Source of the DNA: an uncultured Thermoleophilia bacterium
GTDB taxonomy: Bacteria > Actinomycetota > Thermoleophilia > UBA2241
DNA length: 64,000 bases
Reading direction: 5' to 3'
NCBI GenBank assembly: GCA_963715985.1
Contig: CAVQSP010000008.1
Location: forward strand, 64,001-128,000
Shown piece after piece: positions 12,182-23,302 of the stretch. The notes under the pieces were generated by a model, which saw only the letters and a program-made list of their open reading frames with translations, did no database searches and was not told the origin of the DNA. The translations under genes were made by a program, and so were the position numbers. Numbering within the stretch: position 1 is the first letter of the stretch; every line of letters begins with the position of its first letter.

Positions 12182-12835
12182 TCAGCGCGGCTTCTCGGCC
12201 AGGAGCAGGAACTGCCGCGCCCAGTAGTCACGGAAGACGTACAGCGAGAGCACCAGACAGGCCAGGCGGATGACGGTGAAGCGCGTGAAGTACGGCTCCA
12301 CGCGCAGCACGCGCAGACCGGCTCCCTCGAGCAGTCGCACCATGTCGTGCTTGCCGAAGAAGCGCAGGTGCGTGCGGTCGAAGATGCCCGAGTCCTTGCG
12401 CGGCCAGCGCTTCATGAGGAGGTTGGCGATCACCCAGACGTGGGCCACGTTGGGCAGCGATACCACGACGGCTCCGCCCGGACGCAGCCGGGTGAGGACG
12501 CGGGCGAGGACGAGCTCCGGGTCCGTGAGGTGCTCCAGGACGTCGCTGGCGAGGATGGCGTCGAAGGGCACGTCGCCGAGGCGCGCGGGGTCCAGCGTGG
12601 AGAGGTCGCTCTCGATGACCTCGTCGAGTTGCCGCCGTGCCTGTGCCGCCGCCGTGGCGTCGAGCTCGACGCCCACCACCTCGCGGGCGCCGGCGCGCTT
12701 GAGCAAGGCGCCGTTGTGGCCGCCTGCACAGCCCAGATCCAGCACGCGCAGTCCGCGCGGATCGATGAGCGTCAGAAACGCGGGCTTGGCGTCGCCGAAG
12801 TAGCGCGAAGCGCCGGGCGCGCGCCAGCACGCCAC
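12182..12835 (-). CDS. Class I SAM-dependent methyltransferase
   Basis: VLDLGCAGG, DVLEHL, SLPNVAH, GIFDRTHLRFF. Confidence 0.8.
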   Translation of the reverse strand: MACWRAPGASRYFGDAKPAFLTLIDPRGLRVLDLGCAGGHNGALLKRAGAREVVGVELDATAAAQARRQLDEVIESDLSTLDPARLGDVPFDAILASDVLEHLTDPELVLARVLTRLRPGGAVVVSLPNVAHVWVIANLLMKRWPRKDSGIFDRTHLRFFGKHDMVRLLEGAGLRVLRVEPYFTRFTVIRLACLVLSLYVFRDYWARQFLLLAEKPR

Positions 12836-12838
12836 CGG

Positions 12839-13795
12839 TCACGGCAGCACGACCGCTGCCGGGTCCATGCCGGCCGGGAGCTCGCGGGCGACCGCCAGCT
12901 CGCCCTCGTAGGTGTAGATCAGCGGGATGGTGCCGCCCAGCGCCGCCATGGCCGCCGTGGTGGCGATGACGCCGGGGATGGGCGAGGCGCCGGCGAGGCC
13001 GGTCTCGGCCCCCGGCACGGCGGAGGGGCCGACGGTGGCCGTCGTGGCGACGGACGGCTCCTCGCCGGCGTTGGGTGAGGCTCCCAGCGCCGCCGGCGTG
13101 GGCTCCACCATGAGCAGATGAAGTCGTCCCGTATCGGTCGGGTGGTCGACGACACGCAGGTTCATCACGTCGGGGCTGTCGCCCTTGAAGATCCTGACGA
13201 CGACGAACTGCTGGAAGGCGCCGCGAGCCTGGCGGGCCGTGGCCAGCACGACCGTGGCGAACTCGTCGAGCTGGTCGTGGATGGTGGCCAGGGTGGCCTG
13301 CGCCGGCGTCGCCATCGGGGCGCTCTCGGCGCCGCCGGCGGTACTGCCGGCCGAGGTCAGCGTGTCCGCAGCCTTGGCGGTACGTTCCGCGTCACCGGCG
13401 CTCTGTTGGTTCTGGCGCTGGATGACGGTGACGCCCACCGCCAGCGCCAGCACGACCACCGCGGCCGGGGCCAGCACGCGCAGCCAGCGCCGCGAGCCGC
13501 GGCGCGCCTTGACCGGCTGCTCCGCGCCCGGTGCGAAGAACTCCTGGAGCTGTGCCCAGCGCGGGTCGCTGAGATCCGTGTAGTCCTCATCGGGCGCGGG
13601 CACGGCGGCGAGGACGCCGGATGCCACGGCATCCACGTCGGCGCGCACAGCCTCGAACCGGCGCCGGAGGACGTCGTCCGCGTCCATCGCCTCGACGAGC
13701 CCGGGGTCGTCGTCGAGTCCGAGCGCAAGCGAGAGCAGGCGGTCGTCGTCGTACACGCCGCCGGAGGCTCCGTTCATCGTCAGGTCATCAGCCAT
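12839..13795 (-). CDS. Single-pass membrane protein, putative anti-sigma factor
   Basis: Overlaps the 3' end of the ECF sigma gene. Cytoplasmic N-domain, one TM helix (VLAPAAVVVLALAVGVTVI), Ala/Thr-rich extracellular part. Confidence 0.6.
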   Translation of the reverse strand: MADDLTMNGASGGVYDDDRLLSLALGLDDDPGLVEAMDADDVLRRRFEAVRADVDAVASGVLAAVPAPDEDYTDLSDPRWAQLQEFFAPGAEQPVKARRGSRRWLRVLAPAAVVVLALAVGVTVIQRQNQQSAGDAERTAKAADTLTSAGSTAGGAESAPMATPAQATLATIHDQLDEFATVVLATARQARGAFQQFVVVRIFKGDSPDVMNLRVVDHPTDTGRLHLLMVEPTPAALGASPNAGEEPSVATTATVGPSAVPGAETGLAGASPIPGVIATTAAMAALGGTIPLIYTYEGELAVARELPAGMDPAAVVLP

Positions 13796-14324
13796 CGACC
13801 CATGCCTCGTTCTCGTCAAGCGCTCTGCGCAGCTGCTTCATGGCGCCGTGCAGGCGCGACTTCACGGTGCCCACGGGGATGTCCTGGGCGGCGGCGATCT
13901 CATCCAGCGGGAGGTCGGCGAAGAAGCGCAACGCCACGCACTCCCGCAGCTCAGGCGAGAGCGTGGCGAGGGCGTCACGCAGTGCGGGGTCGGCCGGCTC
14001 CGACGGCGGGTCCATGGAGACGTCCGGCGAGATCTGCTGCAGCTTGTCCATCAAGCCGAGGCGCGTCTTGCGCCGGCGCCCGTGGTCGCGCCCGGTATTC
14101 AGGATCACGCGGTAGAACCAGGCGAGGAACTTCTCCTCCGCCGGGATCTGGGCGCGATACACCTTGATGAACACTTCTTGCACGGCGTCGTCTACCTCCT
14201 CACAGAACCCCTGGAGGAAGAGGATGCGGCGCGCCTGGGGTGCGTACCGGCGGAAGAACTCCGCGCGCGCCTCCGGCTGTTGTCTGCGCAGCCGGTCGAC
14301 CAGGCCCTGCGGCAGTTCCTCGAT
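13788..14324 (-). CDS. ECF (group 4) RNA polymerase sigma factor, apparent ATC start
   Basis: Continuous frame IEELPQGLVDRLR...DDAVQEVFIKVY...WFYRVILN...GTVKSRLH covering regions 2 and 4. GGAGG lies 6 nt before ATC at 14324. Confidence 0.85.
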   Translation of the reverse strand: MEELPQGLVDRLRRQQPEARAEFFRRYAPQARRILFLQGFCEEVDDAVQEVFIKVYRAQIPAEEKFLAWFYRVILNTGRDHGRRRKTRLGLMDKLQQISPDVSMDPPSEPADPALRDALATLSPELRECVALRFFADLPLDEIAAAQDIPVGTVKSRLHGAMKQLRRALDENEAWVDG

Positions 14325-14466
14325 GGTCTTCCTCCGCTGTGAGTGACGCCGGTGCGGCCGGGGGCGTTCGCCGCGACGGCCGCGGCAAGTATAGCGCGGC
14401 GGCCGCGCGGGGTGGGACGGGCGCCGCGCGCGAGGGCGCAGCGGGCGAGGGCGTGATGGCGCCGGC

Positions 14467-15367
14467 TCACGCGAAGCCCAGCCGGCGCACCTCCTCGATG
14501 AGCTCGTGGCCGCTGTGCTCGCGCACGCGGCGCTTGACCTCGTCCGCCAGGGCCACGATGTCGGCGGCCGTGGCGCCGGGGAGCGCGACGAGGAAGTTGG
14601 CGTGCTTCTCGCTCACGCGAGCGCCGCCGTACGTGAAGCCCTTGAGGCCGGCGTCTTCGATGAGGCGGGCCGCCGGCAGCTCGCGAGAGGGGTTCTTGAA
14701 GTAGCTGCCGCAGGAGGCGTATTCGAGCGGGTGCTTGCTGCGGCGCAGCGCGGCGTCGCGGGCGATCTCGGCCAGCAGCTCGTCGCTGCCGGCGCGTCGC
14801 AAGCGGAACGTGGCCGAGAGCACCGTGAGCTCCGGCAGCTGCTTGAAGAGGCTCGTGCGGTAGCCGAACTCGAGCTCCTCCGGCGGCTTGACGTGCTCGG
14901 TGACGCCGTCGAGCAGGTGGACGGTGACGAGCACGTCGCTCACGGCGCGCCCGTAGGCGCCGGCGTTGCCCACCACCGCGCCACCCACGGAGCCGGGGAT
15001 GTTGCCGGCGAACTCGAGGCCGCCCAGCCCCTGCGGCGGCCAGCTCCGCGACCAGCGCCGGCAGCTCCGCGCCGGCCTCCGCCATCAGCAGCTCGCCGTC
15101 CAGCACGTGCGCCTCGTTGCGCGCCAGCACGGTGAGCCCGCACAGCCCGGAGTCGCCGACGAGCACGTTGGTCGCGCGGCCGAGCACCGTGACGGGCACG
15201 GCGAACCGGCGCGCCGTCTTGACGGCATGCGCGAGGGCGCTGGTCGTGGTGGCCCGGTACAGATACTCCGCCGGGCCACCCACGCCGTACGCGCAGAGGG
15301 GCGCGAGGGGGACGGCCTCCTCGAGGCCGGGCAGCTCGCGCCTCAGCATGGTGGCGACGTCGTTCAC
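14467..15367 (-). CDS. murB: UDP-N-acetylmuramate dehydrogenase, one-base frameshift near 15030
   Basis: GVGGPAEY and GRATNVL in the first frame, IPGSVGGAVVGNAGAYG, FGYRTS, GSYFKNP and SEKHANF in the second. Confidence 0.9.
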
Positions 15368-15392
15368 GCTGCCATCGTAGCAGCTGGGACGG

Positions 15393-15445
15393 TTGACTTC
15401 GGCCGGCGCGGGCGATAAAGTCCCATTCCCTAGTGAGAACTAGGA
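15393..15445 (+). promoter_or_regulatory. Sigma70-type promoter with downstream palindromic operator for the Rrf2-met operon
   Basis: TTGACT(15393)-N17-TAAAGT(15416), followed by CCTAGT-GAGA-ACTAGG (15429-15444). Confidence 0.6.
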
Positions 15446-15473
15446 TTTAGCGACGACGCCGTCCGGAGACCTC

Positions 15474-17211
<1,738 letters not shown>

Positions 17212-17218
17212 CGGCCGG

Positions 17219-17262
17219 GGTCCCGGCGGCGGGCGGCGACTCCCGCCTCCCGCCGCCGGGAC
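17219..17262 (+). terminator. GC-rich hairpin after metY
   Basis: GTCCCGGCGGCGGG...CCCGCCGCCGGGAC inverted repeat directly after the stop codon. No U-tract. Confidence 0.45.
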
Positions 17263-17366
17263 CGGCGGGCCGGACCGTGTGCGCCGCCCGCCCGGCAGTG
17301 CGGCGACGACGGCGCAGTGCCCGCCCGGCCCATCGCGCTCTCGCCTCCGCTAGAATCAGCGCCACG

Positions 17367-18576
17367 ATGACTGACGCCAAGCGCACCCCGAGCAAAGAGA
17401 TCGGCGACGTGGCCATGGGCCTCGACAGCGATGCCGGTTCGGCCGGCATCGTGCGCACGAAGTCCGTGACCTTCGACCGGCCCGGCCAGGAGCTCGCCCT
17501 GGAAGGCGGCGGCACGCTCGCCCCGTTCACGCTCGCCTACGAGACGTACGGCACGCTCAGCGAGGCCAAGGACAACGCCATCCTCGTCACGCACGCCCTG
17601 TCCGGCGACGCGCACGTGGCCGGCCGCCACAGCGCCAACGACAAACGCCCGGGCTGGTGGGACATGCTCATCGGTCCCGGCAAGGGCCTGGACACCGACA
17701 AGTACTTCGTGATCTGCAGCAACGTCATCGGCGGCTGCAGCGGTTCGACGGGGCCGGCCAGCGAGGACCCCGCGACGGGCCGGCCTTACGGCACCGACTT
17801 CCCCATCATCACCATCGCGGACATGGTGAACGCGCAGGCGATGCTTCTGGACCACCTCGGCATCGAGAAGCTGCTCGCCGCGGTGGGCGGCTCCATGGGC
17901 GGCATGCAGGTGCTGGAGTGGGCCATCGCGCACCCGGAACGCGTGCACCTGTGCGTGCCGCTGGCCACGGCGGCGCGGCAGCCCACGCAGGCCATCGCCT
18001 TCAACGAGGTCGGCCGCCAGGCCATCATGGCCGACCCCAACTGGAGGGGCGGCCACTACTACGGTGGCACGTCGCCCGCCAAGGGCCTGAGCGTGGCCCG
18101 CATGGTCGGGCCACATCACCTACCTCAGCGACGAGGCGATGCAGGAGAAGTTCGGACGGCGGCTGCGCGACATCGGCGACTATTCGTTCACCTTCTCGGC
18201 CGACTTCGAGGTGGAGAGCTACCTGCGCCACCAGGGCCTCAGCTTCACCAATCGCTTCGACGCCAACACGTACCTGTACATCACGCGGGCGATCGACTAC
18301 TTCGACCTCACGCGCCAGCACGGCACGCTCGTGCAGGCGTTCCGCGACGTGAAGTCGCGGTTCCTGGTCATGGGGTTCACCAGCGACTGGCTGCACCCCC
18401 CGTACCAGCTCAAGGAGATCGTCAGCGCTCTGCGGGCCACACACAAGCACGTCAGCTACTACGAGGTGGAGAGCCACTACGGGCACGACGCCTTCCTGCT
18501 GGAGCGCGAGAAGATGGAGGGCATCATCGGCGCCTTCCTCTCGAGTGGCGCGCACACCTTCTCGCTGCGGCGCTGA
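17367..18576 (+). CDS. metX: Homoserine O-acetyltransferase, one-base frameshift near 18110
   Basis: [20 protein letters not shown] nucleophile elbow. The second frame continues [20 protein letters not shown]. Confidence 0.92.
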
Positions 18577-18605
18577 CCGCAGGGCAGAGGACGGGGGGAG
18601 CCGAC

Positions 18606-19202
18606 GTGCGGCGCATCGACTACAAGCTCATCCAGGACATGGTGCCCGAGGGCGCCACGGTGCTGGACCTCGCCTGCGGCGACGGCGAACTGCTGGCCGA
18701 CCTGATCGCCGCCAAGCACGTGCGCGGCAGCGGCGTGGAGATCGACCAGGCCGCGGTGGAGAAGTGCATCGGCCGCGGCCTCTCCGTGTTCCACGGCGAC
18801 CTGGACGCCGGGCTCGCCGACTACTCGGACCAGTCGCACGACGTCGTGATCCTCAGCCTGAGTCTGCAGCAGCTGCGCCGGCCGCGCATGATCGTCCGCG
18901 AGATGGTGCGCGTGGGGCGGCTCGCCATCGTGAGCTTCCCCAATTTCGCGCACTGGAGCATGCGCCGGCAGCTGCTGATGGACGGGCGCATGCCGGTCAC
19001 CAAGGACCTGCCGTACCAGTGGTGGGACACGCCGAACATCCACCTGTGCACGATCCAGGACTTCCGCGCCCTGTGCCGCGAAGAGGGCCTGTGCATCGAG
19101 CGCGAGCTGTACCTGCGTTCCATGGACCGCCCGGCGCCGGAGCGCGCGGTGCTGCCGAACCTGCTGGCGCGTATCGCCATCTTCGCGGTCACGCGCTGCT
19201 GA
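18606..19202 (+). CDS. metW: Methionine biosynthesis protein MetW
   Basis: [35 protein letters not shown]. Follows metX. Confidence 0.9.
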   Translation: MRRIDYKLIQDMVPEGATVLDLACGDGELLADLIAAKHVRGSGVEIDQAAVEKCIGRGLSVFHGDLDAGLADYSDQSHDVVILSLSLQQLRRPRMIVREMVRVGRLAIVSFPNFAHWSMRRQLLMDGRMPVTKDLPYQWWDTPNIHLCTIQDFRALCREEGLCIERELYLRSMDRPAPERAVLPNLLARIAIFAVTRC

Positions 19203-19387
19203 CGCCGGCAGGCCCGCCGCGCGGCCGCCTCCGCTCTCCGGACCTCCGGTTTTCGCCTGCCGTTGCGAGCGGGTACACTACCGGTACGTTCTGCGCCACG
19301 GAGACCGGCGCGAGCGGCACAAGGAGTGCCTCCCGTCCTCACCGAGCATCGACGGCCAGGCCCTTCAAGATCAAAGGAGAAACGAAA

Positions 19388-19829
19388 GTGCCTCAGGGAA
19401 AAGTCAAGTGGTTCTCGACAGAGAAGGCGTACGGCTTCATCGAGCAGGACAACGACAATGACATCTTCGTGCACGTCACCGGCTTGGCCGAGGGCGTGAC
19501 CGCGATCGACAAGGACATGGTCGTCGAGTACGAGGTCGAGCAGGGCCGCAAGGGCCCGCAGGCCACCAAGGTGCGTCCCGTCACCGCTGCGGCCGCCCCG
19601 GCCGCCGAGGCCGAGGTCGAGGCCGAAGCCGCTGAGGTCGAGGCCGACGAGGTCGAGGTCGAAGCCGCCGAGGTCGAGGTCGAAGGCCGAGGTCGCCGAG
19701 GTCGAGGTCGAGGTCGCCGAGGTCGAGGTCGCCGAGGTCGAGGTCGAGGTCGAAGCCGCCGAGGTCGAAGTCGAAGAGGTCGAGGTCGCCGAGGTCGAGG
19801 TCGAAGAGGTAGACGTCGAGGACGAATAA
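19388..19829 (+). CDS. Cold-shock domain protein with long acidic repeat tail, one-base frameshift near 19685
   Basis: GKVKWFSTEKAYGFI (RNP1) and DIFVH (RNP2), AGGAG RBS. The EVE/AEV tail continues in the +1 frame to TAA at 19827. Confidence 0.85.
19605..19826 (+). repeat. Coding tandem repeat of GAGGTC/GCCGAGGTC units
   Basis: Dozens of GAGGTC, GAAGCC and GCCGAG units read directly from the sequence. Confidence 0.85.
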
Positions 19830-19844
19830 GCTCTCGGGTCCCTG

Positions 19845-19899
19845 AGGGGGCCGGCCGCCGGGGCAGTGCTCGGAGCCCGGCGGCCGGCCCCTCTTCTTG
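19845..19899 (+). terminator. Intrinsic terminator after the cold-shock gene
   Basis: GAGGGGCCGGCCGCCGGGC...GCCCGGCGGCCGGCCCCTC followed by TTCTT. Confidence 0.75.
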
Positions 19900-19978
19900 T
19901 GTCCGTGTGGCCGGCGGGCAGGGTTTGCCGGTGAACGGGTACGATGCTGGGACAGGTGTCGGGAGGACGGAGGCGGCG

Positions 19979-20624
19979 ATGGCGAGCACCGAAGGCATCC
20001 ATTGGCTGGGTCACGACTCGTTCCGTATCGACGGGTCCGTGACGATGTACATCGATCCGTGGAAGATCGGACCCGGCGCCCAGCCGGCGGACGTCATCCT
20101 CGTGACACACGATCACTTCGACCACCTCAGCCTGCCCGACATCGAGAGGCTGGCAGGACCGGCCACGGTGGTCGTGGGTCCGGCGCCGGTGACGGCGCAG
20201 GTGCGCGGGCACAAGACCGTCACTATGGCCGCCGGCGACGCCGTGAGCGTGGGCGGGGTCGGGCGTGACGGCCGTCCCCGCCTACAACACGAACAAGTTC
20301 CGCGAGCCCGGCCGCCCCTACCATCCGCAGGAGGCCGGCCACCTGGGCTACGTCGTGGAGCTGGACGGCCGTCGCATCTACCACGCCGGCGACACCGACG
20401 CCATTCCCGAGATGGCCGGCGTCATCTGTGACGTGGCGCTGCTCCCCGTGAGCGGCACGTTCGTGATGACCGCCGACGAGGCCGCCACGGCCTGCGGCAT
20501 GATCTCGGCCGGTGTGGTGGTGCCGATGCACTACGGCACCGTGGCCGGAAGCGCGGAGGACGCCGCGCGTCTGCAGCAGGTGTGCGGCGTACCGGTGGTC
20601 GTGCTGCCCAACGAGAATCCCTGA
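19979..20624 (+). CDS. MBL-fold metallo-hydrolase, one-base frameshift near 20260
   Basis: IHWLGHDSF, THDHFDH, then YHAGDT, LLPVSG and PMHYG in the next frame. Confidence 0.85.
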
Positions 20625-20678
20625 GCGGCGGGCGGGCGCAGCGCCGCCCGCCGCACGCCGTGAGCAGAGGAGGAGCCG

Positions 20679-21023
20679 ATGAAGGTCGTCCGCGCGGTGC
20701 CCACCGAGAGCTTGTCGGAGAAGCTCAGCGTGCAGCGTCTCAGCCCCGCGCTGGGACTGCGCAACCTGCGTGCCAGCGTGTTCACTCTTGCCGAGGGCGC
20801 CATGTCGCGACACCTGCACCGCGAGCAGGAAGAGGTCTACCTGGTGCTCGACGGGACGGCGATGATCGACGTCGACGAGCGCCAGTTCAAGGTGGGGGAG
20901 CGCGAAGTGCTCGCGGTGCCGCCGGGCGCCTGGCACCGGGTATCCAATGTGGGAGAAGGGCCGCTGACGTTCTTCGTCACCGCGGCCCCGCCGTCCGAAG
21001 GCGACGCCCAGCTGGACGGCTGA
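20679..21023 (+). CDS. Cupin domain protein
   Basis: HLHREQEEVYLVLDG and VPPGAWHRVSN cupin motifs. GGAGGAG RBS. Confidence 0.85.
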   Translation: MKVVRAVPTESLSEKLSVQRLSPALGLRNLRASVFTLAEGAMSRHLHREQEEVYLVLDGTAMIDVDERQFKVGEREVLAVPPGAWHRVSNVGEGPLTFFVTAAPPSEGDAQLDG

Positions 21024-21053
21024 CGGCGAGCGGGGAGGCCCGCGCCCAGCCCC

Positions 21054-21266
21054 CTACTCGTCCACCCACTCCAGGATGACGGCCTCCTCGGGGCACGCCT
21101 CCTCGGCGCGCTCAACGGCCGCCCACAGCGTCTCGTGGGGCTCGGGCTCGAGCACGTCCGGGAGGCCGTCGCCGCGCATGAAGAAGACCTCGGGGCACAC
21201 GGCCTCGCAGGCTCCCACGCCGGTGCAGCGCTCGTAGTCCACGCTCACTCTCAGCTTTCGTGTCAT
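21054..21266 (-). CDS. Ferredoxin (mono-cluster, probably [3Fe-4S])
   Basis: CTGVGACEAVCPEVF...ACPEEAV. The second cluster Cys is replaced by Val. Confidence 0.85.
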   Translation of the reverse strand: MTRKLRVSVDYERCTGVGACEAVCPEVFFMRGDGLPDVLEPEPHETLWAAVERAEEACPEEAVILEWVDE

Positions 21267-21376
21267 GAGCCGAGTGTACATCCTGGGGCGCGGGCGCAGG
21301 CGGATGGTCGGTTTCCGCTGCCGGTCTCTTGGCAATCAACCGTCTACGTGGGCCCTGGGTGCCGGAGGGACTGGTG

Positions 21377-21609
21377 ATGATCTTCGAGGGTGACATCGCG
21401 CCGGACGAGACCCTCGTCACGAGAGAAGCTGAGCGCGTCGACCTGCGCGTGGACGGCGAGGAGCGGACGGAGGAGTCCGCGGCCCGCGACTCCCCGCACT
21501 TCAAGCTGGTGCGGCGACAGCCGGCGCGTGGTGCGTCGGGCGTTGCCGGCCATCCCGCCCGACGGGCGCGCAGGACGTGCTGGAGGCCGCACGCGAAGTG
21601 TGGGGCTGA
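21377..21609 (+). pseudogene. Degenerate, internally deleted paralog of the downstream peroxiredoxin
   Basis: N-terminus MIFEGDIAPD...RVDL resembles MLKEGDKAPA...TVDL, and C-terminus AQDVLEAAREVWG* resembles AAQVLADCREIWG*. Needs frameshift correction and has no FYPK-Cys motif. Confidence 0.5.
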
Positions 21610-21651
21610 GGGCCGCAGGGCTTCTCAGCCTGAAAGCGAGAGGAGGGACGC

Positions 21652-22101
21652 GTGCTGAAGGAAGGCGACAAGGCGCCCGCCGTGACCGGGACGTCCTACG
21701 ACGGCCGCACCGTCGATCTGGGAGCTCCCGGCAAGAGGACGGCACTGTTCTTCTACCCCAAGGCCAACACCGGGGGCTGAACCACCGAAGCCGTTGAGTT
21801 CAACGGCCTGCTGAGCGAGTTCGCGACGCTGGACGTGCAGGTGGTCGGAGCGAGCGTCGACAAACCGGCCGCCAACGAACGCTGGGCGCAGAAGTACGAG
21901 CTCAAGATGCCGCTGATCAGCGATCCTGGAGAGCACACCGTGGCTGCCGCGTTCGGAGTGGCGCGGCCGATGGTAGGCGTGGCCAAACGGACCACGTGGC
22001 TCATCGACCCCGACGGCACGCTGCGCAAGATCTACCCCAAGGTGACGGCCAAGGGGCACGCCGCGCAGGTGCTCGCCGACTGCAGGGAGATCTGGGGCTG
22101 A
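21652..22101 (+). CDS. bcp: BCP/PrxQ-type peroxiredoxin, predicted selenoprotein (TGA at codon 43)
   Basis: AGGAGG RBS, GTG start, LFFYPKANTGG-TGA(21778)-TTEAVEF, continuing in frame to VVGASVD, LISDP, RTTWLIDPDG. 149 aa. Confidence 0.85.
21790..21807 (+). promoter_or_regulatory. Candidate bacterial SECIS hairpin
   Basis: GCCGTTG-AGTT-CAACGGC starting 10 nt after the in-frame TGA, with an apical G 18 nt downstream of it. Confidence 0.6.
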
Positions 22102-22133
22102 CGTCGGCGGAGATGGGTGGCGGCAGCCGCCGT

Positions 22134-22175
22134 GTGAGACGGCCGGAGCGCCTCGGGGCGCTCCGGCCGTCTCAC
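22134..22175. terminator. Long perfect hairpin between convergent genes
   Basis: GTGAGACGGCCGGAGCGCC-TCGG-GGCGCTCCGGCCGTCTCAC (19-bp stem). Confidence 0.7.
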
Positions 22176-22182
22176 GCACGGA

Positions 22183-23187
22183 TCACTCCTCTCCGCCGCC
22201 GTCGCGCCGGCCGAGGTAGGCCGGCGCGTCGATCATGAAGATGCGCGCGGACCAGCTCTCGCCGGCGGCCGTGGCGCGTTCCGCGTCGTCCACGGCCGCG
22301 ATGCGCGCCGTCATGTCGTCGCAGTAGTGCACGATGATGGCCTCGCGCGTCTGCGGCACGACCGGGCTGCCCTTCTCCTTCATGCCGTGGTGGGACACGA
22401 TGATGTGGCGCAGCCGTTTGGCAGTCTCGGCGGGAAAGTCCGGGACCTCGGTGATGAGGTCGCGCACCATGTCGTGGCCGATGACGATCTCCCCGTGCAG
22501 CCGGCCGGCGTCGGTCATGAGCGGCGCCATGGCGTCGCTGGTGTAGGCCTCGATCTTGCCGATGTCGTGCAGCAGGGCGCCGGCGACCACGATGTCGCGG
22601 TTCACGGTGTCGAACTGCGAAGCAACACCCCCGGCTGTCTCCGCGACGATGATGGAGTGCTCGAGCAGGCCGTGCCGGTACGCGTGGTGGTTGCGGACCG
22701 CGGCGGGTGCGACGAGGAACGTGGCGCCGGGCTCCCTCGAGCCGTCGAAGGCGCGCTCGAGGAGCGCCCGCAGGTGCAGGTCGGCGACCGAGTCGACGAG
22801 CGCCACCAAACGCTCGCCGAGCTCCGCCACGCTCACGGGAGAGACGGGCACCAGGGCGCCGGCGTCGTACTCGTCAGGCTCGGCGAGCCGCAGGCGCCGC
22901 AGCTGGATCTGGGCGCCGTACTGAGGGTGGACGCTGTAGGTCCCGCCGGCGATGACGACGTCGCCGGCGCTGATGCCCAGCGCCTCCTCGGACGGGTCGA
23001 AGTGGATGCCTGCCACCTCGCCGCTGGCGTCGCGCAGCTTGAGCCGCAGGTACGTCTTGCCGTTGCGGTCGGTGGCCGCCGTCATCTCGGAACAGGTGAA
23101 GTACGTGTCCACGGCCTGGCCGCTCTGCAGCTCGGCGATGGGCACTCGCGGCATCGCGGCCGCAAGGCCGCTGAGTTCGTTCAGCAT
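22183..23187 (-). CDS. yhaM: OB-fold/HD-domain 3'-5' exoribonuclease (YhaM family)
   Basis: N-terminal OB fold (GKTYLRLKLRDASG), NHHAYRHGLLEHS, LLHDIGK, SHHG, HYCDD. Confidence 0.85.
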   Translation of the reverse strand: MLNELSGLAAAMPRVPIAELQSGQAVDTYFTCSEMTAATDRNGKTYLRLKLRDASGEVAGIHFDPSEEALGISAGDVVIAGGTYSVHPQYGAQIQLRRLRLAEPDEYDAGALVPVSPVSVAELGERLVALVDSVADLHLRALLERAFDGSREPGATFLVAPAAVRNHHAYRHGLLEHSIIVAETAGGVASQFDTVNRDIVVAGALLHDIGKIEAYTSDAMAPLMTDAGRLHGEIVIGHDMVRDLITEVPDFPAETAKRLRHIIVSHHGMKEKGSPVVPQTREAIIVHYCDDMTARIAAVDDAERATAAGESWSARIFMIDAPAYLGRRDGGGEE

Positions 23188-23302
23188 GGGCTCTCCTTGG
23201 TCCCCGTTAGGCTACCAGACCGCCGGGACGGCCGAGGGGGTGCGGCGGGTGGACGTTGTGTGGCGGGGGGGCGGCGCGACGCCCGTGGGGCGGCGCCGCT
23301 GC

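Noticed and set aside
14184-14324. Frameshift in the ECF sigma gene
   Set aside because: On re-reading, the frame is continuous. The ORF track is short only because there is no canonical start codon.
17277-19202. Apparent MetX-MetW fusion (641 aa)
   Set aside because: Caused by the +1 frameshift near 18110. The MetX C-terminus is in another frame with its own stop at 18576.
19605-19826. Possible CRISPR or non-coding satellite
   Set aside because: 6-9 nt codon-phased units inside the cold-shock gene.
18545-20431. Apparent Csp-RG-repeat-MBL hydrolase fusion (628 aa)
   Set aside because: Read-through caused by the frameshift in the repeat. A stop codon, terminator and new RBS separate the genes.
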